A DNA stretch of 64,000 nucleotides from the NCBI GenBank assembly GCA_040754915.1, contig JBFMCB010000001.1, forward strand, positions 4,443 through 68,442, written 5' to 3'. Of this stretch, positions 35,865-44,208 are shown piece by piece; positions within the stretch are counted from its first letter, which is position 1; every line of letters begins with the position of its first letter. A model generated the notes under the pieces. The model was not told the origin of the DNA and did no database searches. It saw nothing but the letters and a program-made list of their open reading frames with translations. Source of the DNA: Chloroflexota bacterium. Its GTDB lineage: Bacteria > Chloroflexota > DTOL01 > JACQYG01. The translations under genes and the position numbers were made by a program.

Positions 35865-37459
35865 GACAGGGTGGCGCCAGGGTGTTGGTGGCCCTGATGC
35901 TGGCCACAGCGGCGGTGTCCATCTTGGTGGCTGATGGGTGCACCCCGAGGGCCCGGACCCTGGTCGCCCCCTCACCAACCGCTTGGGTCAGGCCGACCGG
36001 GCTAACCACACCGACAGCGCCGCCCACCACGCCGCCCGTGACTACCTCAGCCACAGAAACCAGGTTTCTAGAGCCGACGGCGACTGCGGTGGCGAGGGCT
36101 TCCCCCTCTCCGGCGCTGACCCCCACCCCTTCTCCGCCGGGAAAGACCACCAAGATGACTGTTTCCACCCTGTCGATCCCCGCCTATCCCTATCAGAGGT
36201 ACCTGCACGATGCTCGAGATGAGGCCAAGAACGTGGTCTATAAGACCTTGGACTGGGATGCCTACCATGCGGCGCAGCCTTTCCCCCAGACGAAGAGCTT
36301 CACTGCCCTGGTTTTGGAGAACGAATACCTGCGCCTGACCATCCTGCCGGAGCTGGGAGGGCGGATATACTCTTTGATCTTCAAACCCACCGGGGCCGAC
36401 CAATTCTATCGTAATCCGGTGCTGAAGCCCACCCGCTGGGGACCGGCGCAGCAAGGCTGGTGGCTCGCCGCCGGCGGGATGGAGTGGTGCCTGCCGGTGG
36501 AGGAGCACGGCTACGAATCGGCCATGCCCTGGAGTTACACGCTGGGCGGCTCTCCCCGCGAGGCCACGGTCACGGTCCGAGACACCGCCGAGGGTGGGCG
36601 GCTGCGGGCCAGTGTGACCATTTCCCTTCCGGCCAATAGGGGTTACCTCCAGGTGACGCCGCGTCTGGAAAACCCCACTGGCCAAAGGCTCCAATTCAAG
36701 TTCTGGCTCAATGCCATGCTGGCCCTGGGCGGGGCGAATCGGGTGGGCGAGGACACGGAGTTCATTTTCCCCAGCGAGCAGGTGGTGATCCACTCCAGCG
36801 GCGATAGGTCCTTGCCGGGTGAGCGCCAGTTGATGTCGTTTCCGACCTTCAACGGGGTGGACTACGGTTGGTACCGAAACTGGGGGCGCTCCTGGCTGGG
36901 CTTCTTCGCCTGGCCCCAGACCCGGCAAGGCTACGCTGGGGCTTATGACCACCGGAGCCAGCAGGGCATGGTGCGAGTTTTCCCGGCCCAGTCGGCCCGA
37001 GGTCTCAAGCTGTTCGCGGGAAAGGGCCTGGACCCCAAGCTTTGGACCGACGATGGCTCGAGCTATTTTGAGCTCCACGGCGGCGTGGCTCCGACCTTCT
37101 GGGACGAGGCGACGCTGGGGCCAGGGGAGGCCTTTAGCTGGACCGAATACTGGTATCCGATCTGGCAGATCGGTGGCTTCGACTACGCCACCTCCGAGGC
37201 GGCGGTGAAGCTGGCACTGCTGCCCGGCAAAAGGGTCTGGGTCGGCGCCTTTGTTACCGCCGCAGAGGCGGCAACAGTCGTGCTTTCAGCTAACACCCAG
37301 GAGATAATCCGGCGCCAGGTAGCCCTGAGCCCAGCGTTGCCTCTGGCCTGGGAGATAGCGCTGCCCGCCGAAGCCCCTGACAGCGGGACCTACCTTCTGA
37401 GCCTGATCGGCCAGAATGGGAAGGTGCTGGCTCAGATCGCAAAGAGCTTCCGGTGGTAG
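35846..37459 (+). CDS. secreted protein with Pro/Thr-rich linker and DUF5107-like C-terminal domain (function unknown)
   Basis: 537 aa; likely real start GTG 35882 (MLVALMLATAAVSILVADGC, lipoprotein-type signal); PTxPPT linker; domain containing LENEYLRLTILPELGGRIYS. Confidence 0.6.
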   Translation: MVGEKIGQGGARVLVALMLATAAVSILVADGCTPRARTLVAPSPTAWVRPTGLTTPTAPPTTPPVTTSATETRFLEPTATAVARASPSPALTPTPSPPGKTTKMTVSTLSIPAYPYQRYLHDARDEAKNVVYKTLDWDAYHAAQPFPQTKSFTALVLENEYLRLTILPELGGRIYSLIFKPTGADQFYRNPVLKPTRWGPAQQGWWLAAGGMEWCLPVEEHGYESAMPWSYTLGGSPREATVTVRDTAEGGRLRASVTISLPANRGYLQVTPRLENPTGQRLQFKFWLNAMLALGGANRVGEDTEFIFPSEQVVIHSSGDRSLPGERQLMSFPTFNGVDYGWYRNWGRSWLGFFAWPQTRQGYAGAYDHRSQQGMVRVFPAQSARGLKLFAGKGLDPKLWTDDGSSYFELHGGVAPTFWDEATLGPGEAFSWTEYWYPIWQIGGFDYATSEAAVKLALLPGKRVWVGAFVTAAEAATVVLSANTQEIIRRQVALSPALPLAWEIALPAEAPDSGTYLLSLIGQNGKVLAQIAKSFRW

Positions 37460-37474
37460 AAGGTGGGCCATCGG

Positions 37475-40216
37475 CTACGCCGGCTGGCGATCCGCCAGGG
37501 GCGCTGCCGCCAGCCAGGCTCTGACGAAGGCCATCTCGTCCTCCAGTGATTCCACCTTCCCGTTCAGTTTAGCCTGATAAAGATCGTTTAAGAGGCGACG
37601 ATACACGGGCCCGGGCCGGAGGCCAAAGCTTTTCAAGGTTTCACCATTAACCTGGACCTTGAGCCACTTGAGCTTGTGGAGAAATAGCTCCACCGATTCT
37701 GAGACCGCAAACGGTAGCGGTTCCTCCGGTTTCCCGGGAACCTCATCGGTGAACCATAACACGTAGAGCAGTTCGGCTGGCGATTTCTGGTAGAGCGCGT
37801 AGATCGCTGTCGGCGACGGCCCTGGCTGTAGCGTTATCCTGGCCTTGCTAGAAAATTGTCCCAGCTCGCGCAGCAGCCGACTATTCTCACCGGTTATCTT
37901 CAGCCGACCGGTGAAGTCTACGACCTGGTCCTCTCTCATCGGGTATACCAGTAGCGCCAGGTAGACTCTAGGCAAGGAGCGCTGTGGCGCCAGGGCTGCG
38001 CGCGGGAATCGTTCGTTCCATTCCGCTATCTTCTCTCGGGCCTGAGCACAGTGCGAGCCCAGCCAGTCAGTATAGCGCAGCTCTCGATGCAGGTAAGCCA
38101 AGAGGCCGCACTGATCCAGTCGGCGGAGTATCTTCTCCGGCTCTTCTTCCTGCAGCGATAGATATAGTTCATGCCGCAGTCTCTCCCCGGAGACCCGTTC
38201 CAGGAGGTCCCGGGCGTCAACCATTAGCTCCTCCGTTCGTTTCTCGATCCTGAAGCCAAGCCTTTGCTCCAATCGCACCGCCCGGAGTATCCGGGTGGCA
38301 TCCTCCACGAAGCTCAGGCTATGAAGGACACGGATCAGTTTGCGATCAAGGTCCTTCTTGCCGCCGTAGAAGTCCACCAGCTCGCCATAGCGCTCGCGAT
38401 CCAGGCAGATGGCCATGGTGTTTATGGTGAAATCCCTGCGATATAGATCCTGCTTGAGAGAGCCGGCTTCCACCTCCGGCAGGGCCGCAGGGTGTTCGTA
38501 AAACTCGGTGCGGGCGGTCACGAAATCGATGGCCAGGGCGGCATGGCTGGAGGCCAGGCGGCGCTCGCTCACGTCGCCTATCTTCTCCCGGGGATGGCTG
38601 GGGGCCAGGGACAGCACCTCCCCGGGAGCCACCAGGGCTTCGGGCACTAACCATTTGGCTGTGCCGAAGCGCTCGTGAGCCTTGACCCGGCCGCCCAGCT
38701 CGGCCGCCAGCATACGGGCCAAGGCGATGGCGTCTCCCTCGACCACCAGGTCCAGGTCGAAGTTCGGTATGCCCAGGAGCAGGTCTCGCACTATGCCCCC
38801 TACCAGGTATAGGGAAGATCCCATATGCCTGGCAGCATGGCTGGCCCCTTGCAGGAGCTTCCGCAACGATGGTTGGAGGGCCTGGTCCAGTTGCGCCGCC
38901 AGATTGGGGTAACCCTTGGACCTGCCCGGGGGTAGCCCGCCCCAATGTGCGATGACGTCGGTGCGGGTCACTATGCCCACCAGTTGCCCGTTTTCCACCA
39001 CCGGCAACTGCCCCGCATCGTGCTCCATCATCAACTGCATGATCCTGGGCACCGGGAGGTCGGGGCTGATGGCCGGCACGTTCACGGTCATGTACATCCG
39101 CACCGCCGCGTTGCCCAGCCGGTGGTGTATGGCCCGGTCCAGGTCCCGGCGGGTGACGATGCCCATCAACCTCCCGTCCTGCACCACCGGCAGGCCTTCG
39201 TGGCCGTATCGCACCAAGAGAGATGCGGCCTCGCTAATGGTAGTATCCGGGGAAACACTTCGAGCCTGGCGGGTCATGATGGTGGAGGCCGTGGCGGCAG
39301 GCTTAATCTGGGAGCGAAGGCCCTGCCGCAGGCTTTCGGCGACCAAAGACAGCTCTCGGTCCTTCAACAGCGCCGCCGCGGCGCGATTGTGGCCGCCGCC
39401 TCCCCACGGGCGCAATATGGCCGCCACGTCGACGTAGTCGCTCTTGCTGCGGGCGACGATCTGCAGGTGGTGGCCCATCTGAACCAGGACGAAGGAGGCC
39501 TCGGCGTCGTAGAGCTCGTTTAAGCGGTGGGCCACGGTGGAGACCTCCTCCACGTATTCGGGGGACTGGGCAGCGGCGATGAGCACGTGGTGTCCCTGGA
39601 TGTCCTCGATCTTGGCCTCCCTGGCCAGTTGGTCGTAGAGCAATCGCTGTTTGCCGGTCAGGGGCCGGTTCAGGAAGCTGTTCAGCACTTGCAGGCTGGC
39701 CTCATGGGTCAGGAGCCAGGCTGCGCACCGGACGTCCTGGGAGGTGGTATTGATGTAGGTGAGGGAGCCCGTGTCCTCGTAAATGCCCAGCAATAGCAGG
39801 GTGGCCTCGGCCGGGGACAGCGGGACCTTCTTCTCCATGAGTTGCCTGACCAGAATGGCCGTGGTGGAGGCGACCTCTTCAGTGGTGTATGACATGCCTT
39901 CCGGTAGCTCCCGGTCCAGGGGGTGGTGGTCGATTATCTCCACCGGCAGCCCGGGCCGATGGATCCCGCTCTGAAACCCCTCCACCGCGGGCAAGTACTG
40001 GGTGTCCACCAGGATCACAGAATCTACGTCCTTATCAGGCAGCTCGTCGAGCTTTCTGAAGGGCAGATCGCCCCCGTACAGGGCCAGAAAGTCACGGAGG
40101 TTGCGATTGACGGCGCCCACCAATACCGGGATGGCGCCGGGGTAGAGCTTGGCCGCCGCCAGCATGGAGGCCAGGCCATCGAAGTCGGTATTAGGATGGG
40201 TCAGTATGAGACGCAT
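37475..40216 (-). CDS. multidomain DHH/DHHA1 phosphoesterase - tandem CBS - poly(A) polymerase/tRNA nucleotidyltransferase (CCA-adding family) protein
   Basis: Start at ATG 40216 (MRLILTHPNTDFDGLASMLAAAKLY = DHH); DHHA1 GGGH (RPWGGGGHNRAAA); two CBS domains; pol-beta NT motif LYLVGGIVRDLLLGIPNFDLDLVVEG and head-domain RRDFTINTMAI. Confidence 0.8.
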   Translation of the reverse strand: MRLILTHPNTDFDGLASMLAAAKLYPGAIPVLVGAVNRNLRDFLALYGGDLPFRKLDELPDKDVDSVILVDTQYLPAVEGFQSGIHRPGLPVEIIDHHPLDRELPEGMSYTTEEVASTTAILVRQLMEKKVPLSPAEATLLLLGIYEDTGSLTYINTTSQDVRCAAWLLTHEASLQVLNSFLNRPLTGKQRLLYDQLAREAKIEDIQGHHVLIAAAQSPEYVEEVSTVAHRLNELYDAEASFVLVQMGHHLQIVARSKSDYVDVAAILRPWGGGGHNRAAAALLKDRELSLVAESLRQGLRSQIKPAATASTIMTRQARSVSPDTTISEAASLLVRYGHEGLPVVQDGRLMGIVTRRDLDRAIHHRLGNAAVRMYMTVNVPAISPDLPVPRIMQLMMEHDAGQLPVVENGQLVGIVTRTDVIAHWGGLPPGRSKGYPNLAAQLDQALQPSLRKLLQGASHAARHMGSSLYLVGGIVRDLLLGIPNFDLDLVVEGDAIALARMLAAELGGRVKAHERFGTAKWLVPEALVAPGEVLSLAPSHPREKIGDVSERRLASSHAALAIDFVTARTEFYEHPAALPEVEAGSLKQDLYRRDFTINTMAICLDRERYGELVDFYGGKKDLDRKLIRVLHSLSFVEDATRILRAVRLEQRLGFRIEKRTEELMVDARDLLERVSGERLRHELYLSLQEEEPEKILRRLDQCGLLAYLHRELRYTDWLGSHCAQAREKIAEWNERFPRAALAPQRSLPRVYLALLVYPMREDQVVDFTGRLKITGENSRLLRELGQFSSKARITLQPGPSPTAIYALYQKSPAELLYVLWFTDEVPGKPEEPLPFAVSESVELFLHKLKWLKVQVNGETLKSFGLRPGPVYRRLLNDLYQAKLNGKVESLEDEMAFVRAWLAAAPLADRQPA

Positions 40217-40314
40217 GTCGGTTCCGCCGCCCGCACGCCTTAGAGCCTGATTAGGAGATGAGATCACTCCATAACCATTATAACACAAACTGCTGCATCT
40301 ATGCCCGCAGGCTG

Positions 40315-40342
40315 TTGACAAAAGTTCCCTCTATGGTATAAT
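40315..40342 (+). promoter_or_regulatory. consensus sigma-70 promoter (TTGACA-16-TATAAT) for the GntR-family gene
   Basis: Perfect -35 (40315-40320) and -10 (40337-40342) hexamers with 16-bp spacer, 39 nt upstream of ATG 40381. Confidence 0.65.
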
Positions 40343-40348
40343 GAATAT

Positions 40349-40370
40349 TGTATACGATATATGATATACA
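40349..40370. promoter_or_regulatory. AT-rich inverted repeat TGTATAcgatatatgaTATACA between -10 box and RBS; candidate GntR/FCD autoregulatory operator (contains GT-N-AC core GTATAC)
   Basis: 6-10-6 inverted repeat read from the sequence; FadR/FCD-type operators have a (T)nGT-N-ACn(A) core. Confidence 0.4.
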
Positions 40371-40380
40371 GGAGTTGCCA

Positions 40381-41052
40381 ATGGAATCCCCTTTTCAGTT
40401 GGCCAGGGTTGAAGGGCCACTCTCGCTTAAGGACAAAGCCTACGCCGCCATCAAAGATGCCATACTCTCCCTCCAACTCAAGCCAGGCGAACCGCTGGTG
40501 GAAACCGAGTTGGCTGAGCAATTGGGCATTAGCAAGACGCCGGTGCGAGACGCACTACAGCAGCTGGAGCGAGGGGGATTCGTCACCCGGGTCCTGTTCA
40601 AGGGGACCTACGTTACCGAGGTGACCTTGAAGGACGTGAAGGAAGTCTTCCAACTCCGGGCTGTTTTGGAGGGCTTGGCCGCCCGCCTGGCCGCCCCCCT
40701 TCTTACCCCTGAGGAATGGGACGAGGGGGAGCGGCTGATCGGCACCGCAGAGGCTGCCCTGGCTCAAGGAAACCGGGAACTCTGCTCCCAACTGGGAAAA
40801 CAGTTCCACAACCTGGTCATCCAGAAGACGGACAACCAGCGTCTGATACCCATCCTCCACAATCTGGATGACCACCTGCAGCGTTTCCGTCTGGTCTCTG
40901 ACCAGATCAGCGGTCGCTTGGAGAAATCGGTCCAGGAGCATCGTCGGGTGTTGGAAGCGCTGCGGCAACGCGACCCCGCCCTGGCCGAGCAGGCCATGCG
41001 CGATCACCTTCACAGTGTGCTGCAAGATCTGTCTGAGGAGAAGGAACAATGA
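40381..41052 (+). CDS. GntR family transcriptional regulator (FadR/FCD subfamily)
   Basis: Start ATG 40381 after SD AGGAG; wHTH (LKPGEPLVETELAEQLGISKTPVRDALQQLERGGFV) and FCD-type helical C-domain. Confidence 0.85.
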   Translation: MESPFQLARVEGPLSLKDKAYAAIKDAILSLQLKPGEPLVETELAEQLGISKTPVRDALQQLERGGFVTRVLFKGTYVTEVTLKDVKEVFQLRAVLEGLAARLAAPLLTPEEWDEGERLIGTAEAALAQGNRELCSQLGKQFHNLVIQKTDNQRLIPILHNLDDHLQRFRLVSDQISGRLEKSVQEHRRVLEALRQRDPALAEQAMRDHLHSVLQDLSEEKEQ

Positions 41053-42779
41053 GAGGCAGCCAGGCTGTCGTGGAGATGCTCAAGGCGCACCAGGTGAGGT
41101 ATATCTTCGGCTTGCCCGGCGACACCAGCATGCCCCTCTATGATGCCCTGTATCGGGCCCGGGGTGAGGTCACCCATGTGCTGACCCGCGACGAGCGCTC
41201 GGCTTCCTTTATGGCCGATGTCTATGCGCGGGTGAGCTACCGTCCTGGCGTGTGCGAGGCTCCCAGCGGGGCCGGGGCTACCTACCTCGCCCCCGGGGTG
41301 GCCGAGGCCCATGCTTCCTCGATTCCGGTCATCGCCCTTACTACCGACATCCCTCTCTCCAACGAAGGCAAGAACGTGCTCACCGCTCTGAACCAGGAGG
41401 CGCTTTTCTCTCCCATTACTAAGTGGCGCGCTCTAGTCAAGAAAGCCGATCTGATCCCGGACATCATGCGCCGTGCCTTCCGCCTGGCCACGACTGGTCG
41501 TCCTGGGGCGGTGCAGATCACCTTGCCCAATGATGTACTGGATGAAGAGCTGGCCCATCCTGCCCTGCACGGCGATGATAACTGCACTGTCTATCCCGCT
41601 TACCGCATCCGCCCCAATGGCACGGTTGTGCGGCAGGCGGCGGAACTCCTGCTCCAGGCCGAGCGCCCGATCATCGTCGCTGGCGGGGGAGTGGTCAGCT
41701 CCCAGGCCTGGGCCGAATTGACCGCCCTGGCTGAGGCCTTGTCCATTCCCGTGGGCACCACCATCACCGGCAAGGGCGACATAGCCGAGGATCATCCGCT
41801 CAGCATTGGTGTAGTGGGAGGCAACGGGGGGCGGGACTACGCTAATTGCCTGGTGCAGGAGGCTGACCTCATCCTGTACGTGGGTTGCAAGACGGACTCG
41901 GTGACTACGGTCAACTGGACCCTGCCGGCCCCGGAGGCGGGCAAGACCATCATCCACCTGGACGTGGACCCGGGCGAGATTGGGAACAACTACCCCAGCG
42001 CGGTGGGCCTGGTCGGCGATGCCCGGCTGGCCCTGGCTGACCTACTGGAAGCGGTGCAGGTCAGGGCCGGCGGTAGTTCGGCCCTCGGTCAGGCCCGGCG
42101 GGATGAGATCGAGAAGCTGAGTCGCCGCTGGTGGTCCGAGGCCCAGGAAAAGATGACCTCCGACAGCGTGCCCATCAAGCCGCTGCGGGTGATCAAGGGG
42201 TTGGTCGACGCCCTGCCCAGGGACAGCATCATCGTCGCCGATGCCGGCACACCCACCCCCTTCGTCGCCGCTTACTTTGTCAGCCGGGCTGGGCGCCAGG
42301 TCATCATCCCGCGTGGCTACGGGGGACTGGGTTACGCCCTGCCCGGTGTGGTGGGAGCCAAGCTGGCCCAGCCGAAGGCCATCGTAGTCGGTCTTATGGG
42401 TGATGGCAGCTTCGGCATGTCCGCCGGCGAGCTGGAGACCATCGCCCGCCTGAAGCTGCCGGCGACCATCATCCAGTTCAACAACGCTTGCTTTGGCTGG
42501 ATCAAAGCCTTGCAAGAACTGTACCACCAGGGCAGGTATTTCTCCGTGGATTTCTCCGCCGATACCGACCACGCCGCCATTGCGCGGGGCTTCGGGCTGA
42601 ATGGCCTGCGGGTCGAGCAACCAGGCCACCTGGAGCCGGCCATCCGGCAAGCCCTGGCCAGCGATGTGGCCACCTTCATCGACGTGATCACCGAGTCGGA
42701 AGAGACCGAACTGCCACCGGTGACAAAGTGGGTTGAAGCAGCCAAGGGCAGAAAGCAAGAAAAAGCTGAATTGGCATAA
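41049..42779 (+). CDS. thiamine pyrophosphate-dependent enzyme (acetolactate synthase large subunit / sulfoacetaldehyde acetyltransferase-like)
   Basis: 576 aa; N-terminal Pyr domain (QVRYIFGLPGDTSMPLYDAL), central domain, C-terminal TPP-binding GDGSFGMSAGELETIARLKLPATIIQFNNACFGWI. ATGA overlap with the GntR gene. Confidence 0.8.
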   Translation: MRGSQAVVEMLKAHQVRYIFGLPGDTSMPLYDALYRARGEVTHVLTRDERSASFMADVYARVSYRPGVCEAPSGAGATYLAPGVAEAHASSIPVIALTTDIPLSNEGKNVLTALNQEALFSPITKWRALVKKADLIPDIMRRAFRLATTGRPGAVQITLPNDVLDEELAHPALHGDDNCTVYPAYRIRPNGTVVRQAAELLLQAERPIIVAGGGVVSSQAWAELTALAEALSIPVGTTITGKGDIAEDHPLSIGVVGGNGGRDYANCLVQEADLILYVGCKTDSVTTVNWTLPAPEAGKTIIHLDVDPGEIGNNYPSAVGLVGDARLALADLLEAVQVRAGGSSALGQARRDEIEKLSRRWWSEAQEKMTSDSVPIKPLRVIKGLVDALPRDSIIVADAGTPTPFVAAYFVSRAGRQVIIPRGYGGLGYALPGVVGAKLAQPKAIVVGLMGDGSFGMSAGELETIARLKLPATIIQFNNACFGWIKALQELYHQGRYFSVDFSADTDHAAIARGFGLNGLRVEQPGHLEPAIRQALASDVATFIDVITESEETELPPVTKWVEAAKGRKQEKAELA

Positions 42780-42813
42780 TGGCGGTGTCTGGTCTCCGCC
42801 CAGGGAGAAAGCG

Positions 42814-44100
42814 ATGCCAAGGGTTGTGGTCATCGGTGGTGGATGGGCCGGCTGTGCGGCGGCCATGTCGGCCAAACAGGCCGGGGCCGAGGTGATCTTG
42901 CTGGAGAGGGCCGACACCCTGTTGGGCTCGGGCCAGGTGGGTGGCATCATGCGCAACAACGGTCGCTTCACCGCCGCCGAAGAGATGATCGCTATGGGCG
43001 GCGGTGACCTGTTCAGGCTGACCGACCAGAACGCCCGGCATACGAACATCGAGTTTCCTGGCCACAAACACGCCAATCTGTACGATGTGGCCACCATGGA
43101 AGCCATCGTCCGCCGCTACCTGCAAGAAAAGGGGACGGAGATCTGGCTGATGGCCCGGGTGACCGAGGTGACCAGGGATGACGGCGCTATCGCGGCTGTC
43201 GCGGCAGAGAACGGGGATGCCATCGAAGGCGACGTGTTCGTGGAAACCACCGGCACCATGGGGCCCCAGGGCAACTGCCGCAAGTATGGCAACGGCTGTG
43301 CCATGTGCATCACCCGCTGCCCCAGCTTCGGCGGCCGCGTCAGCATCGCCGCCCGGGCTGGGGTGAAGGAGGTGATGGGACGGCGGCCCGGCGGGGGCTT
43401 CGGAGCCATGAGCGGCTCGTGCAAACTGAACCGGGAATCGGTGGATAGAAACATCGTCCGAGAACTCGATCGCACCGGCGTGGCGGTGATCCCGGTGCCC
43501 AAGGAACTGGCAGAGAAAGAAAAGGGACTGTTGGCCGTCAAGTGCTGCCAGCAATACGCTCTCAAGGAGTTCGCCGAGAATGTGGTGCTGCTCGACACCG
43601 GCCACGTCAAGCTGATGACGCCCTTCTATCCTCTAGCCGACCTGCGACGCATCCCCGGCCTGGAGAACGCCCGCTACGAAGATCCCTACGCCGGCGGCAT
43701 CGGTAATTCAATTCGCTACCTGGCCATGTCGCCGCGAGACAACACCCTCAAGGTCGAAGGCCTGGAAAACCTGTTCTGCGCTGGCGAGAAAGCAGGGCTG
43801 CTGGTGGGCCACACCGAGGCCATTTGTACCGGCGTCCTGGCCGGCCACAACGCCGTGCGCCACGCCCTGGGCAGGCCCCTGCTGGAGCTGCCGCGCAGCA
43901 CGGCCATCGGCGATGCCATCGCCTTCGTGCGAGAGCAGATGCAGACCGAGGAGGGGCTGATGCAGAAGTACACCTTCTCCGGTTCGGTGTACTTCGAGCG
44001 CATGAAGGAACTGGGGCTCTACACCACAGACGCAAACGCCATCCGCCAACGCGTGCGGGCAGCAGGCTTCGAGAACTTCTTCGCCCATCACGTGGTATAA
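42814..44100 (+). CDS. FAD-dependent oxidoreductase, short GidA/TrmFO-like family
   Basis: Start ATG 42814 (SD GGGAGA); VVVIGGGWAGCAAAMSAKQAGAEVILLE FAD-binding motif; C-terminal LFCAGEKAGLLVGHTEAICTGVLAGHNAV resembles the GidA-family C-terminus; Cys-rich insert CRKYGNGCAMCITRCP. Confidence 0.65.
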   Translation: MPRVVVIGGGWAGCAAAMSAKQAGAEVILLERADTLLGSGQVGGIMRNNGRFTAAEEMIAMGGGDLFRLTDQNARHTNIEFPGHKHANLYDVATMEAIVRRYLQEKGTEIWLMARVTEVTRDDGAIAAVAAENGDAIEGDVFVETTGTMGPQGNCRKYGNGCAMCITRCPSFGGRVSIAARAGVKEVMGRRPGGGFGAMSGSCKLNRESVDRNIVRELDRTGVAVIPVPKELAEKEKGLLAVKCCQQYALKEFAENVVLLDTGHVKLMTPFYPLADLRRIPGLENARYEDPYAGGIGNSIRYLAMSPRDNTLKVEGLENLFCAGEKAGLLVGHTEAICTGVLAGHNAVRHALGRPLLELPRSTAIGDAIAFVREQMQTEEGLMQKYTFSGSVYFERMKELGLYTTDANAIRQRVRAAGFENFFAHHVV

Positions 44101-44208
44101 CCGTCTCTGCGATCGGGTGGATCTTTCCGGGGAAGCAAGGAGGTGAGATATGACAAGAGCCCATTGCTAACCTCCATGTATCTCGGTTCATGAAGAGGAG
44201 AGAAACAG

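Noticed and set aside
36068-37078. 336-aa minus-strand ORF antisense to the secreted-protein gene 35846..37459
   Set aside because: Arg/Gly/Pro-rich shadow ORF. The plus-strand gene has signal peptide and linker architecture and normal codon usage.
42042-43605. Minus-strand ORFs 42042..43106 and 42688..43605 antisense to the TPP-enzyme and GidA-like genes
   Set aside because: Shadow ORFs. The plus-strand genes carry clear TPP-binding and FAD-binding motifs.
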